Assembly: GCF_963921235.1 (NCBI RefSeq)
Contig: NC_086097.1
Coordinates: forward strand, 169,944,001-170,008,000
Direction of reading: 5' to 3'
DNA length: 64,000 nucleotides
DNA from: Mobula hypostoma
Taxonomy: Eukaryota
Within the stretch, counting starts at the first letter, position 1, and every line of letters starts with the position of its first letter. Position numbers and translations under genes: made by a program. Below are positions 12,510 to 23,574 of this stretch, piece after piece. Under the pieces are notes generated by a model. It was not told the origin of the DNA and ran no database searches. It saw only the letters and a program-made list of their open reading frames with translations.

Positions 12510-12960
12510 ATCAGTATCAGATTTATTATCACTGATTTAAATTATGTGAAATTTCAGCAGGAGTACAACACAAAGACATAAAATGATGATAAATTACAAA
12601 AATAAATGAAAATTTCAAAATAAAAAAGGAAAAATTAGGAGGTATACATGTTCATGGAAATCTGATGCTGGAGGAGAAGAAGCTGTTTCTGAATCTTTGA
12701 GCGCACGTCTTCAGGTTCCAGTACCTTTTCTCCAAAGACTGTAACAGAAGAGGACACATCCCAGATTGTGAGTGTCCTTAATGATGGTATCACTGCCTTT
12801 AGAAGATGCCCTCAGTGGTGGGGAGATTTGTGCCTGTGGTGGTAGAACTGGATGAGTCTACATACCTTTGCGTCCTCGTGTGATCCTGTGCATTGGCGGA
12901 TCTATACCAGGTTGAATGAGTGCTATTCTGCCATACATCTGTAAAGTCTTTGGTGAAGTT
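12510..12960 (-). mobile_element. Rex1/Babar-type LINE 3' fragment
   Basis: gaatcagtatcagatttattatcactga tail; ORF 12799-12981 resembles WYGxxxAQD...LPTIEDIF. Confidence 0.7.
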
Positions 12961-13789
12961 GCTGTCAAAGCCACACACCATCCTGACTTAGAAATATACG
13001 AGCCATTAAATTATAGGAGGCATAGATGAGGTAGAGAGTCAGAATCTTCACCCAGATTAGAGATGGCAAGTAATAAAGTATGTGCATTTAGGGTGAGAGG
13101 TGAAAAGTTTAAAGGTGTTCGGGGCAATTTTTTTTTACACAGTGGGTCCCTGTTATGGTCTGCTTGAAGATGTGGTGGAATTGGATATGATTGTGGTATT
13201 TTAAGAGGCTGTTAGCTAGATACATGATACCGAGGCAGAAGTTTAGTTATATTTGACATTGTGTTCAGCGCATAAATCATGGACCAAAGAGCTGGTTCCT
13301 GTGCCTTTTTCTATATCATTATTCATTCACCATCGCTGGGTCAAAATCTGGGAACTCCCTCAGGTGCAAAATACTCAGGTGTGAGTATTTTGTACATTCA
13401 CACCCGAAGGGCGGCAACAGTTCAAGAAGACAGCTCACGTCTCTCTCTCAAGGGCGTCTAGGGCTGGGCAATGAAATGTTGGTTTAGCCTGTGAAAACCT
13501 GATCCCCTGAATGAACAGAAAGAGAAATGTTTGTTTCAATGGACCATGCTGCCTGACAAACACATTCCAATGTTGAAGTTGCACCTCCAGGGCCGACCAT
13601 TGAGGGGAGCTCGTGTTCAGTTTATGGTAAAAGACTGCAGATTGGCTCTGAATTGAACACAAGATGAATGGAAGAGCTCCACTTGGTGGAGGGAAATGGC
13701 AGTTGTTGGAATCCCCGAAATATTGGTCTTGCAAGGAACGAAAGAGTCATTTTAGTCTGGTATTGTTCATGGGGAATGGTAAGGAGGGC

Positions 13790-14865
13790 GGATGTGGGGG
13801 CATTACCGGAAGTTCGAGAAATTGATGTTCATGCCATCAGGTTGGAAACTACCTAGATGGAATATAAGGTGTTGCTCCTCCAGCCTGAGTGTAGCCTCAT
13901 CATGACAGTTGAGGAGGTCATGGATTGACATATCGGAATGGGAATGGGAAGTGGAATTAAGATGGGTGGCCACTGGGAGATCCTGCTTCTTCTGGTGGAT
14001 GGAGCATAGATGCTTGGCGAAACAGTCTCCCAATCTACATTGGATCTCACCGATATATAAGAGGCCACACCAGGAGCACCAGATACAGTAGATGACCTCA
14101 ACACACACACTCACAGGTGAAGTGCCACCTCATCTGGAAAGACTGTTTGGGGCTCTGAATGGTAGTGAGGGAGGTGTAGGGCAGGGGAAGCACTTGTTCT
14201 GCTTGCAAGGATAAGTGCCAGGAGGGAGATCAGTGGGGAGGGATGAATGGACAAGGGAGTCGCGTAGGGAGTAAACCCTATGGAAAGCAGAAAGTGGGGG
14301 GGGGGAGGGAAAGATGTGCTTTGTGGTGGGATCTCGTTGGTTGGAGATGGCAGTAATTCTGGAGAATTATGTGCTGGATGCGAAGGCTACTGGGATGGTA
14401 GGTGAGGACAAGAGGAATCCTATCCCTGGTAGGGTGGTGGGAAGATGGGGTAGGAGCAGATGTGTGTGAAATGGAAGAGATGCAGATGAGGGCAGCATTG
14501 ATGATGGAGGAGGGGAAGTTCTTTATTTTGAAAAAGGAGGACATCTCCTTCGTTCTGGAATGAAAAGTCTCATCCTGAGATCAGATAGGGGCCAGGGAAC
14601 TTGAAATCATTGAAAAGATACAGAGCACATGAAGTGTCATGGATGTAGGCAGGAAGGAACTGAGCTTGGGGGGATAAAACAGAGTCGAGGTATGCAGATA
14701 TGAGTTCAGTGGAGGAAGAACAAGTTGAAACAATGGTTCTACCTGGAAACGGGTTTGAGGGTCTTGGGTAGGAGGTAGAAACAGGAGGTGCCGGATGCTG
14801 GAACTAGGAGATTGGTGGCTGTGGATGTGTTTCCATCCCCAGAGCTAATAAGGTCAGTGACAGCA
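13790..14865 (-). mobile_element. Penelope-like retroelement fragment (RT C-terminus and GIY-YIG endonuclease)
   Basis: ORF 13803-14114 VIYCIWCSWCGLLYIGEIQCRLGDCFAKH...LEEQHLIFHLGSFQPDGMN; ORF 14278-14544 RDRIPLVLTYHP. Confidence 0.9.
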
Positions 14866-14994
14866 TGTGTAGATATTTGATTACAGTATGATTGAATTTT
14901 ATACAATGTAAGTTATGTCAGTCTGCAGCCAGCACCTAGGAAGGTGAAATGTGAGTTGTCTATGGTAGAGATGGAAGACACATTAAAAGATCAC

Positions 14995-15340
14995 TGTCAA
15001 ACAGTACAGAAACAGATCCTTTTGCTCAACTGGTCCTTATTGACCAAGATTCACATCTAAGCTAATCCTATTTGCCTGTGTTTACTCCATATCACTCTAA
15101 GCATTTCCTCTCCATACATCTGTCCAAACGTCTTTGAAATGTTGTTAATGTACCTTCTTCACCAACCTCCTCTGGCAACTAGTTCTATAGAAGGATACCC
15201 GCTGGGTGAAAAAATTGCCTATTAAATCTCTCTCCTTTCACCTTAAACTTACGTGCTCTAATTCTTGATTCCCCAGTCCTGGGGTAAAAAGACTGTACAT
15301 TCACCCTCTCTATGCCCCTCATGATTTTATATACCTCCTC
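14995..15340 (-). mobile_element. CR1 LINE 3' fragment
   Basis: ORF 15185-15373 EVYKIMRGIERVN...GESRIRARKFKVKGERF. Confidence 0.75.
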
Positions 15341-15645
15341 TGGGTGTGTGTGTGTGTGAAGTTGTCTGCACATACTTGAGCACTAGGATGTTGAAGAGGT
15401 GAGAGGTGGTGTCTGTCTATCCACTCTGCAGAATGGATGGCTAGTTCTCCTAGGCTGACACTCATACTGTAGCACTGGTGTGTCATTACATTTTTTCAGG
15501 ACTCTGACCCAGAGGGGTACTGAGTTTAGGGGATAGGATACTGAAGACCTGAGGGACAATGGTAGTAGTTTCATGCCAATGGCTCCTCTACCAAGCTCAA
15601 AGACACATGTCCAATCCCATGGCATGTCTTGCACTGAACAAGATT

Positions 15646-16320
15646 ATTAGATTATGAGGACACTCAGTCCTCATTTATTGTCATTTAGAAATGCATGCAC
15701 GCATTAAGAAATGATACAATGGTCCTCCAGAGTGATATCACAAAAAAAAGGACAAACCAAAGACCAGCACTGACAAGACCACATAATTATAACATATAGT
15801 TACAGCAGTCCAAAGCAATTCCATAATTTGATAAAGATCAGACCATGGGAAGGGTAAAAAAAGGCCTCAAAGTTCCGATCAACTCCTGATAGTCCCCGAT
15901 AGCAGGAGGCAGAAGGGAGAAACTCTCTCTGCCATAAACCACCAGGCACCGACAAATGACGATGCATTGGAAGCACCCAACTCCAGCCGACTCTGAGTCT
16001 GTCCGAAAACTTCGAGCCTCTGACCAGCCCTTCGACAGTGAGCACTGAGCACCATCTCTGCCGAGCGCTTTGATCCCATCCCGGCCGCTGAGCAACAAGC
16101 AAAGCCGAGGATTCGGGGCCTTCCCCTCTGGAGATTCAAAATCACACAGTAACAGCGGCAGCAAAAAAGGCATTTCAGAAGCGTCTCCAGATGTTCCTCC
16201 GTTCTCTCACATCTGTCTCCATCAAATCAGGATTATGCACGGCACCCTACTTGACAGATTACAGATATCTTTCACCGGAGTGGCCGTGCAAGCTGCGTCA
16301 CGCCACCATCTTCTCCTCCT
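15646..16320 (-). mobile_element. Non-coding (non-autonomous) retroposon with YY1-like 5' motif
   Basis: 5' end on minus strand aagatggtggcgtgacgcagc; CpG-rich body; 3' end tgacaataaatgaggactgagtgtcctcataatctaat resembles Rex1-type tails; no recognisable ORF. Confidence 0.6.
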
Positions 16321-16469
16321 CCTTATTGCAACAATACATCACCAGAAGGGTAAAATTAACCCGCTTCTCAACAGCATTCAATCATTTTGAATATCCTTGC
16401 CTTGGGATCAAGTCATTGCTCTATCAAGACCTGTAATTGCTCAAATTAGGGGGGAATTAGGGAAAAACC

Positions 16470-17512
16470 CTCCACTGGTTGCAATCAGACCTAACACAAA
16501 GGAAGATGGTTGTGGTGGTTGGAGGTCAATCATCTCATCCTCAGGACATTACTGCAGGAATTCCTCAGGGAAGTGTCCTAGGACCAACCATCTTCGGCGG
16601 CTGTTTCAATGATTTTCCTTCTGTCATAAGGTCAGAAGTGAGGATGTTCGCATTTGACTGCACAATGTTCTGCACCATTCATGACCCCTCAGACAGTGAA
16701 GCAGTTCATACGCAAATGCAGCAGGACCTGGACAATATCCAGGCTTGGGTTGACAACTGGCAAGTAACATTCGAGCCTCGCAAGTGCCAGGCAATGACCA
16801 TCTCCAACAAGATAGGCTCTAACCATCGTCCCTTGACATTCAGTGGCATCACTATCAACATCCTGGGGGTTACCGTTGGCAGGAAATTGAATTGGTCTAG
16901 CCATATAAACACCGTGGCTACTAGAGCAGGTCAAAGGCTAGGAATCCTGCAGCATGTAACTCACCTCCTGACTCACCAAAGCCTTCCACCATCTACAAGG
17001 CTCAGGTCAGGAGTGTAATGCCACTCGCCTGGGTGAGTGCAGCTCCATCAACACTCAAGATGCTTGACACCATCCAGTACAAGGCAACGTGCTTGATTGG
17101 TACCTCTTTCACAAGCATCCAATCCCTCCACCATTGACAGACAGTTCCAGCAGTGTGTACGATCTACAAGATGCACTGCAACAGCACACCAAAGTTCCTA
17201 AGGCAGCACCTTCCAGACCCATAACCACTACCATCTAGAAGACAAGAACATTAGATACCTGGGAACACCAGCACTTGGAAATCCCCCTCCAAGTCACTCA
17301 CCATCCTGATTTGGAAACAATATCGCTGTTCCTTCATCGTTGCTGTGTCAAAATCATGGAATTCCCTCCCTAACAGCACTGTGGGTGTACCTACACCTCA
17401 GGGACTGCAGCGGTTCAAGAAGGCAGTTCATCACCACCTTCTCAAGGGCAACTAGAGATGGGCAATAAATCCTGGCTTAGCTGGTGATGCCCACATCCCG
17501 TAAATGACTAAA
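16470..17512 (+). mobile_element. CR1/L2-clade LINE of a second lineage, 5'-truncated
   Basis: ORF 16479-17018 QRKMVVVVGGQSS...AGIPQGSVLGPTIF...MFAFDCT...MQQDLDNIQAW; 3' end ttcaagaaggcagttcatcaccaccttctcaagggcaactag. Confidence 0.85.
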
Positions 17513-18424
17513 TAAGAAAAGCAGAAGTAGTAGCAGGTGAAGACTCTTTTTTTCAGACCTTCTCAGATGGTCCAAGCCATTACCACTGACCGTGAGACTG
17601 CACAGTCCGCTGTGACCGAGTGTTTATCATTGCTTTATTTCATTCCTTGTGCCAACTCTGCACCATGAATTTATTCTCAAACTGTTTCCCAATTCATCTC
17701 CATCAAGATGAACAAACTAGAGCCGGGGATAAAACCAAGGAAGTGTTGCTAATGTATTATTGTTGCATCACCTAAAGTACAATTCTGAGCCACAGAAGAA
17801 TGAGGTCTGGCATATGTGAAAAGCAGAAAGAATGCTGTCTTGGTTGGTATATACAATAATATCTTGATTGAATAGACGTTGAAACATGCTTTTCATCATA
17901 TGAATAAGACTATCAGGATCTGCCAAATTTTGATGTAAAGAGCAACCTTTAGTGTGCGTAAATCGCTGCTTAACAGATTGAATTCAATTACTTCTGTAAA
18001 GAAATTGGAGGATAGCAAGCCTGTGCCGAGACAAAAATAAAGCTTTGAATGGTCTCTGTCAATGTTCAATGTGGAACAATTATTCTAGTTTATGGACAGC
18101 CATTAACCGCCTCTCTGTAATGTACCTTGCTCACTGAAACCTTGTCATGCTGCCTGACTGAAGTGGGTGAAAAGTTGCATTGTGACTTTGTCACACAGCA
18201 ATAACTTACCCAGAAATTGAGAGGAGCTTTTCAAGGGTCCATCACATTCAGGTACCATCAAAATGTAAGCAATTAGGAGCTGGAGTATGCCACTCAAATC
18301 TGCCCTGCCTTTCAGTGTTATCATGGTTGATCTGCCACAGATCTCATCTCTTTTGCGCCATTTCCCCACAACACTTGATTCTGTGATTTTTCAAAAATTC
18401 GTCTGCTTCCTCTTCAAGTCACCA

Positions 18425-18735
18425 TGACAATCTAGCCAATATCCCAACAATCTAGCAAATCTCTCCACTGATCTAGCAAACACCTCCAATGATCTTGCAA
18501 ATGTCCTCATTAATCTAACTAATACACACAATGATCTAGCCAAGTCTTCGGTGATACCAATGCCCAAATGATTTAGTCAATATCTTCAATGATATAACCA
18601 GTACCCTAATGACCTAGTCTATACCCCTAATGTTTAGCTAATACCCCACTTATATAGCCACTACCTCCAATGACCTAAAATACCCCAGTGATCTAGCCAA
18701 TACTCTACTTATACAGAAAATACCCCCTGATTAGG
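18425..18735. repeat. Degenerate minisatellite, about 21-bp unit (consensus near gatctagccaatacctccaat)
   Basis: Recurring atgatctagc/atgacctag/atctagcca motifs at about 20-21 bp spacing. Confidence 0.7.
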
Positions 18736-19269
18736 TAGCCTGAGGAAATATTCTTGATACTCTGGGTCAAACCCAGGAATCTGGGCTTACAATATTTCCG
18801 CTGTCTTACCTGTAATGCCCCTTCAGATCTATCTGACATTCCTGGGAATCACAGAGTAAAAAAGGCCATTCATCCCATCAATATCAATGCTATTTATCCT
18901 ATTCCTCCTCACCTCTATTTATCTGCCCCAGCGTAAGTCCTGCCTTTTCAAGTATATACCTACTTTCCAGTGTTGCAATTGAACCTATTTCTACCACCCT
19001 CCCAGGGTTACACTGCTCCTCATTTCTCTGCTTGGCTTCTTTCCCTGTAATGCTAAATCTGAATGCTCTGACACCTTCAGAGATTTGGATTTGTTTGCCT
19101 CAGGCTGCAAGCACAAGTCTCTCCCCATTTACTCCATCAAACTTTCATAATTTTGAAAAATGCGACCAAATTCACCAGCACTTCCAGTTAACTTAGATTC
19201 TTCATCTCAGGGACCATTTGTGGACATCCCCTCTGGATTTTGTTCAAGGTGATATGATACATGCTCCCT

Positions 19270-19640
19270 TGGAGGTTAGGAGAATGACAGTTGATCTTAC
19301 TACAAGGTACTGAGAGGACTTCAAGGGTAGATGTTAAAATCTTGTCACTAGTGGGAGAGCCTTGTTTCAAGATAAGGGGCAGATTTTTAAAAACTGAGGT
19401 ATGTAAAGATTTCTTCTCACCTAGTGTGGCAAGTTGCTGGAATTCTCTGCTCAGAAGGTGGTATAGGCCAGGTAGTTGGGGATACCTAAAGAAGGAATAG
19501 ACAGAATCACAATTAGGGAATTGAGGAGTATGGGAACTGGTGCAGAAAAGATGCCTGGACATGAGTCATGATCACGTAGAATAGAAGGGCAGACTTGAGA
19601 GGCTGAGTGGCTTGCTCCTGCTCCTATTTCTTCTTATTTT
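19270..19640 (+). mobile_element. CR1 LINE 3' fragment
   Basis: ORF 19291-19500 RVDVK...FKIRGRFLKTEVCKDFFS...CWNSL; CR1 3' UTR. Confidence 0.7.
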
Positions 19641-20199
19641 CGAATTAGTCATGCTTCAAAGTGGTCACGATAACATAATTGAAGACCCCCCCACAGCCCA
19701 GATATTTTCTCTCCTCTCCAACCCTTCCATCGGGCAGAACTTGAAACCATGATTCGTGAGGCTCAAGGACAACTTCAATCCTACTGTTGTAAGACCTTTG
19801 AATGAATCTCTTGTTTGATCAAGATGATCTTTTGATCTCATGGTTTAGCTCATCATGGCCATTTTTCTATCTGCACTGGACTTCCTCTGTAACCATAACA
19901 ATGTATTCTGCATTCTGTTACTATCCTTCCCTTTGTACTGCCTCAATGTACTTGTGTATGGAATGATCTGTCTAGATGGCAGGCAGAACAAAGTTTTTCA
20001 CCTTACCTTGGTAGAAATGACAATAATAAACCATTTGCCAGTTGAGGTTCAAGCAGTGTTCTATCAGTGACTAACAATTCTTTGTGGCTGTTACTATTAT
20101 TAATGAAACCTCCTTAAGGATCTAATCTATTCTTTAGAAGCACCTCAACGAGTTTTGTCATCTTCAAAGATTAATATCCATGGATGTCTAGCCTTCAGG

Positions 20200-20910
20200 C
20201 TCCCCTTTCCCTGAATCTCTGTTTGGAACTGTCTGCACTCTTCATTTCACCAATCCCCAGCTTTAATTTTCCCTGATCATCTCCAGCCTTGCTTTCCCCA
20301 ACCATAGTCTCTCAAATCTTCACTCAAAACCCTCAAACTCATGCCTTTTCGTCCATATACCAAAGTTCCTCCAGCCCCTTCCCCATTTCCTACCCCTCCC
20401 TCCCAATCTCTAGACCATCCCTAAATCACCAGCCTCTTCCCACCCAGACTTCTTTGTCCTCCACCTCTCTGATCTCCGGGCTCTTTCTACTCCCACCCCT
20501 CCAAACATCAATCTCTAACCTTTCCCTTAGACTTCAGATTTCCCCTCTCAATATCTCCAGACACCTGTTCTGCTGGTTTTTAGCCAACCCTTCCCCGATC
20601 TGTCTCCATCTTCCCCTTTACCCACCTTCCAGCTATCCCATCACCTGATCTCAGACTGTAGCCTTTTCTGCCTCAATCATCCCTGCCATATCTTCTCAAC
20701 CCAAGCCGCCTTTCCCTTGATTTCTTGCATTTCCCCCCCCCTGCCAGTCTCCAGTTCTCCCACATTTTCTGTCTTCTCCCCCCTTCCCTCCTCTCTTCTC
20801 ACTCTCCAGTCTCCCTTCCCTCCTGTATCCTCAGCCTTCAATATCACTCTTGAGCCTCCCCATGTCCCTCAGCCTCCAGCCTCCCTTCTCCTCCAGTTCA
20901 TTCACTTTCT
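20200..20910. repeat. Pyrimidine-rich low-complexity tract
   Basis: Plus strand strongly C/T-biased over about 700 bp; the Pro/Ser-rich ORFs here are compositional artefacts. Confidence 0.7.
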
Positions 20911-21794
20911 ATTTAGAGGCAAATTTGATCTTGGTTTCCATCACAGACATATCCCCTTCAATATATCAGCCTCCTAACAAAGACCCAGGGACAATCATGT
21001 CTGAAATGATTACAGAAAGACAATCCATTTGTAATATAGGAATATTGATCCATTAGACAACACAGTGAACTTTCCCATTCCACCTGTCATCAATATTGTA
21101 GCCATCAAATGTGAATTTATAATTTAGCTTCTAGTCACCCTGGCAATGGACAAATAAAGCATGGATGATTAGCACTTGAACTCTATTCAACAGCAAAAAT
21201 ACTGAGCCATTCAGAATTAATTAAAGCTCAGTGGAGAGCAAATTACCAGTACTTATAATTCGTATCTTTTCTTCATTGCTACTAACATTCTGAGCTATGC
21301 TTATCCAAACATTTAAGGAGAACAGTTGTTTGTTTTGAGAACTTTATTGTTTGGCAATATTACTTCATCGCATTGACACACTGGGCCAATTAGAGAGTTT
21401 AACCAAAGTGAGACAGTTCAGGCTGGAGGACAATTTCCTGTGGAGAGGGATGTTTTACTGCCTGTGTTGTCTAATGGATTGATACTCCTGTATTACAAAT
21501 GGGATTGTCTCTGTGTAATCATTTCAGACATGATTGTCACTGAGTCTTTGTTAGAGGCTGATATATCGAAGACGATGTGATGGAAACTAAAATTGACTAT
21601 GTCCTTGAATGGGAATATATTCGTGTTTTGCAAGATTTATGTGACTGATTAGTCAGTGCTACTTGCCTACAACAAAATCTCAGGCACTGGTATGGTACCT
21701 TCAATGCTGTCTCCATTAAGCTCTCCAAGCTTAGTGTAAGGGTGAGTGAACCAATATCAGTGTCCTCTCCCCAGCCAACATGTCCAACACTAAT

Positions 21795-21885
21795 ACCAGG
21801 AAATCTGCAGATGCTGGAATTTCAAGCAACACACATAAAAGTTGCTGCCTGGCCTGCTGCATTCACCAGCAACTTTTATATGTGT
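21795..21885. mobile_element. Collapsed Penelope-derived fold-back with 14-bp TSD
   Basis: TSD tgtccaacactaat at 21781-21794 and 21886-21899; content is the two opposite Penelope termini fused. Confidence 0.85.
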
Positions 21886-21968
21886 TGTCCAACACTAATG
21901 TCCTGGTTTCACCTACATAACTCCATTGGGCAAGCCAGGTTGTAAAACAGAGGACAGGAGTACAGGTA

Positions 21969-22495
21969 CAGGTTTCCCCTGCTATCCGAAAGTAGAGTGT
22001 TCCTATGAAACCGTTCGTAAGCCGAAATGGTGTAAAGCGAAGAAGCAATTACCATTAATTTATATGGGAATAATTTTAGAGCATTCCCAGACCCAAAAAA
22101 TAATCTAACAAATCATACCAAATAGCACATAAAACCTAAAATAACATTAACATATAGTGAAAACAGGAATGATATGATAAATACACAGCCTATATAAAGT
22201 AGAAATAATTTATGTACAGTGCAGTTTCACTTATCAGAATTGGGAAGGTTTAGCCAAAACAGATTTGTAGCAAAAAATCAGCACGGACACGCATGCGCAC
22301 ATACCTGCCCACGCAAGGCTTCACGGTCATGGTAGTCTTTCTCGGGGTAAACACAAGTTTAAAGTGGGCGCCTTTTTTCGTAAAAGCGAAAATCCTCTTT
22401 GGATTTCTTTCGGTTAGCGAAAACAGGTACTAATGTAGGTCTTTTGTAAAAGCGAAGTGGTGTAAAGCGAACGTTTGTAAAGCGGGGGACACCTG
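21969..22495. mobile_element. Tigger/pogo-type non-autonomous DNA transposon (MITE)
   Basis: TA-flanked TIRs caggtttcccctgct / agcgggggacacctg; ends homologous to the element at 61974-63570. Confidence 0.9.
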
Positions 22496-22509
22496 TAGAT
22501 GGTTCTGCA

Positions 22510-23200
22510 AAACTGGTGACGCAGATAAACAGGGTGGTGAAGAAATCTTTTGACACTCTGCCTCCCATCACTCAGGGTGCTGAGTATAAAAACTTGGAAA
22601 TTACATTACTGTTGTATAAGACATGGACGAAGCCACATTTGGAATATTGCCTTCAGTTTTGGTTACCGTGCTGTAGGAAAGGTGCTGTTAAGCTGGAATG
22701 ATCGCAGAGAAGACTTGTGAGGTTGTTGCCAGGACTTCTGGGACTGTGCTATGCAGACAAGTTGAGCAAGTTGGGACTGTTATAACTTTAAGAAAACAGG
22801 AAGACTCTATGGGGGAGGTGTTCCCAACCTTTTTTATGCCATTAACCCCTACCATTAACCGAGGGGTCCACGGACCCCAGGTTGGGAATTCTTGTATAGA
22901 GGTATATAAAATCACAAGGGGAATCAAGAACAAGAGCATAAGTTTAAGATAAGAGTGAAGAGATTTAATAGGAACCTGAGTGCCAACTTTTTCATCCAGA
23001 GGGTGGTAAATATATGCAATGAACTGCCGGAAGAAGTGGTTGAGGCAAGTACATTAACATCATTTAAAAGGTACTTGGACAGGTACATGGATAGAAAAGG
23101 ATTAATCGGATAAGGGCCAAATGCTGACTAATGGGACTAGCTTGGATGGTATGGATCACCTGGGCAAAATGACCTATTTCCAAGCTATGTTACTCAATAA
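22510..23200 (+). mobile_element. CR1 LINE 3' fragment
   Basis: ORF 22516-22701 LLLYKTWTKPHLEYCLQFW; later EVYKITRG and NELPEEVVEA remnants. Confidence 0.8.
22815..22894. mobile_element. Small hAT-type MITE nested in CR1
   Basis: TIR-like ends gaggtgttcccaacct / aggttgggaattcttg, about 80 bp. Confidence 0.6.
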
Positions 23201-23574
23201 ATTCCAGGTGGGCTGAAGAAAATATTGAAGGATGTGCATGAAGGTTCATTGAGAAAATGTAACTGTCCCCACTGACCTCTGGGAATCCCCAGCTTATGAC
23301 TACACATAGTGGAAGAGCATTCAGGACACTATTAAGGACTAGACTAGGAGCGTGTAGAGGTCCTGCATTAACAGCAGAAGGTGAGCATCATCTCCCAAAT
23401 GTCCCATCTACACATTTCTTCAGGCACCTTCTGCTCCATTTGCTTAAGGATCTGCAGGGGCCACACTGATTTCATCCACTAACTCCCAACTACCTGCACT
23501 GGAATTGGACCAAGTCACCCTTGAGTTTGCTCAAGAAGAAGAGCTTAGATCCAATGATCTAAATCCTAAAGGTT

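Noticed and set aside
20289..20977. Pro/Ser-rich ORFs
   Set aside because: Explained by pyrimidine-rich low complexity
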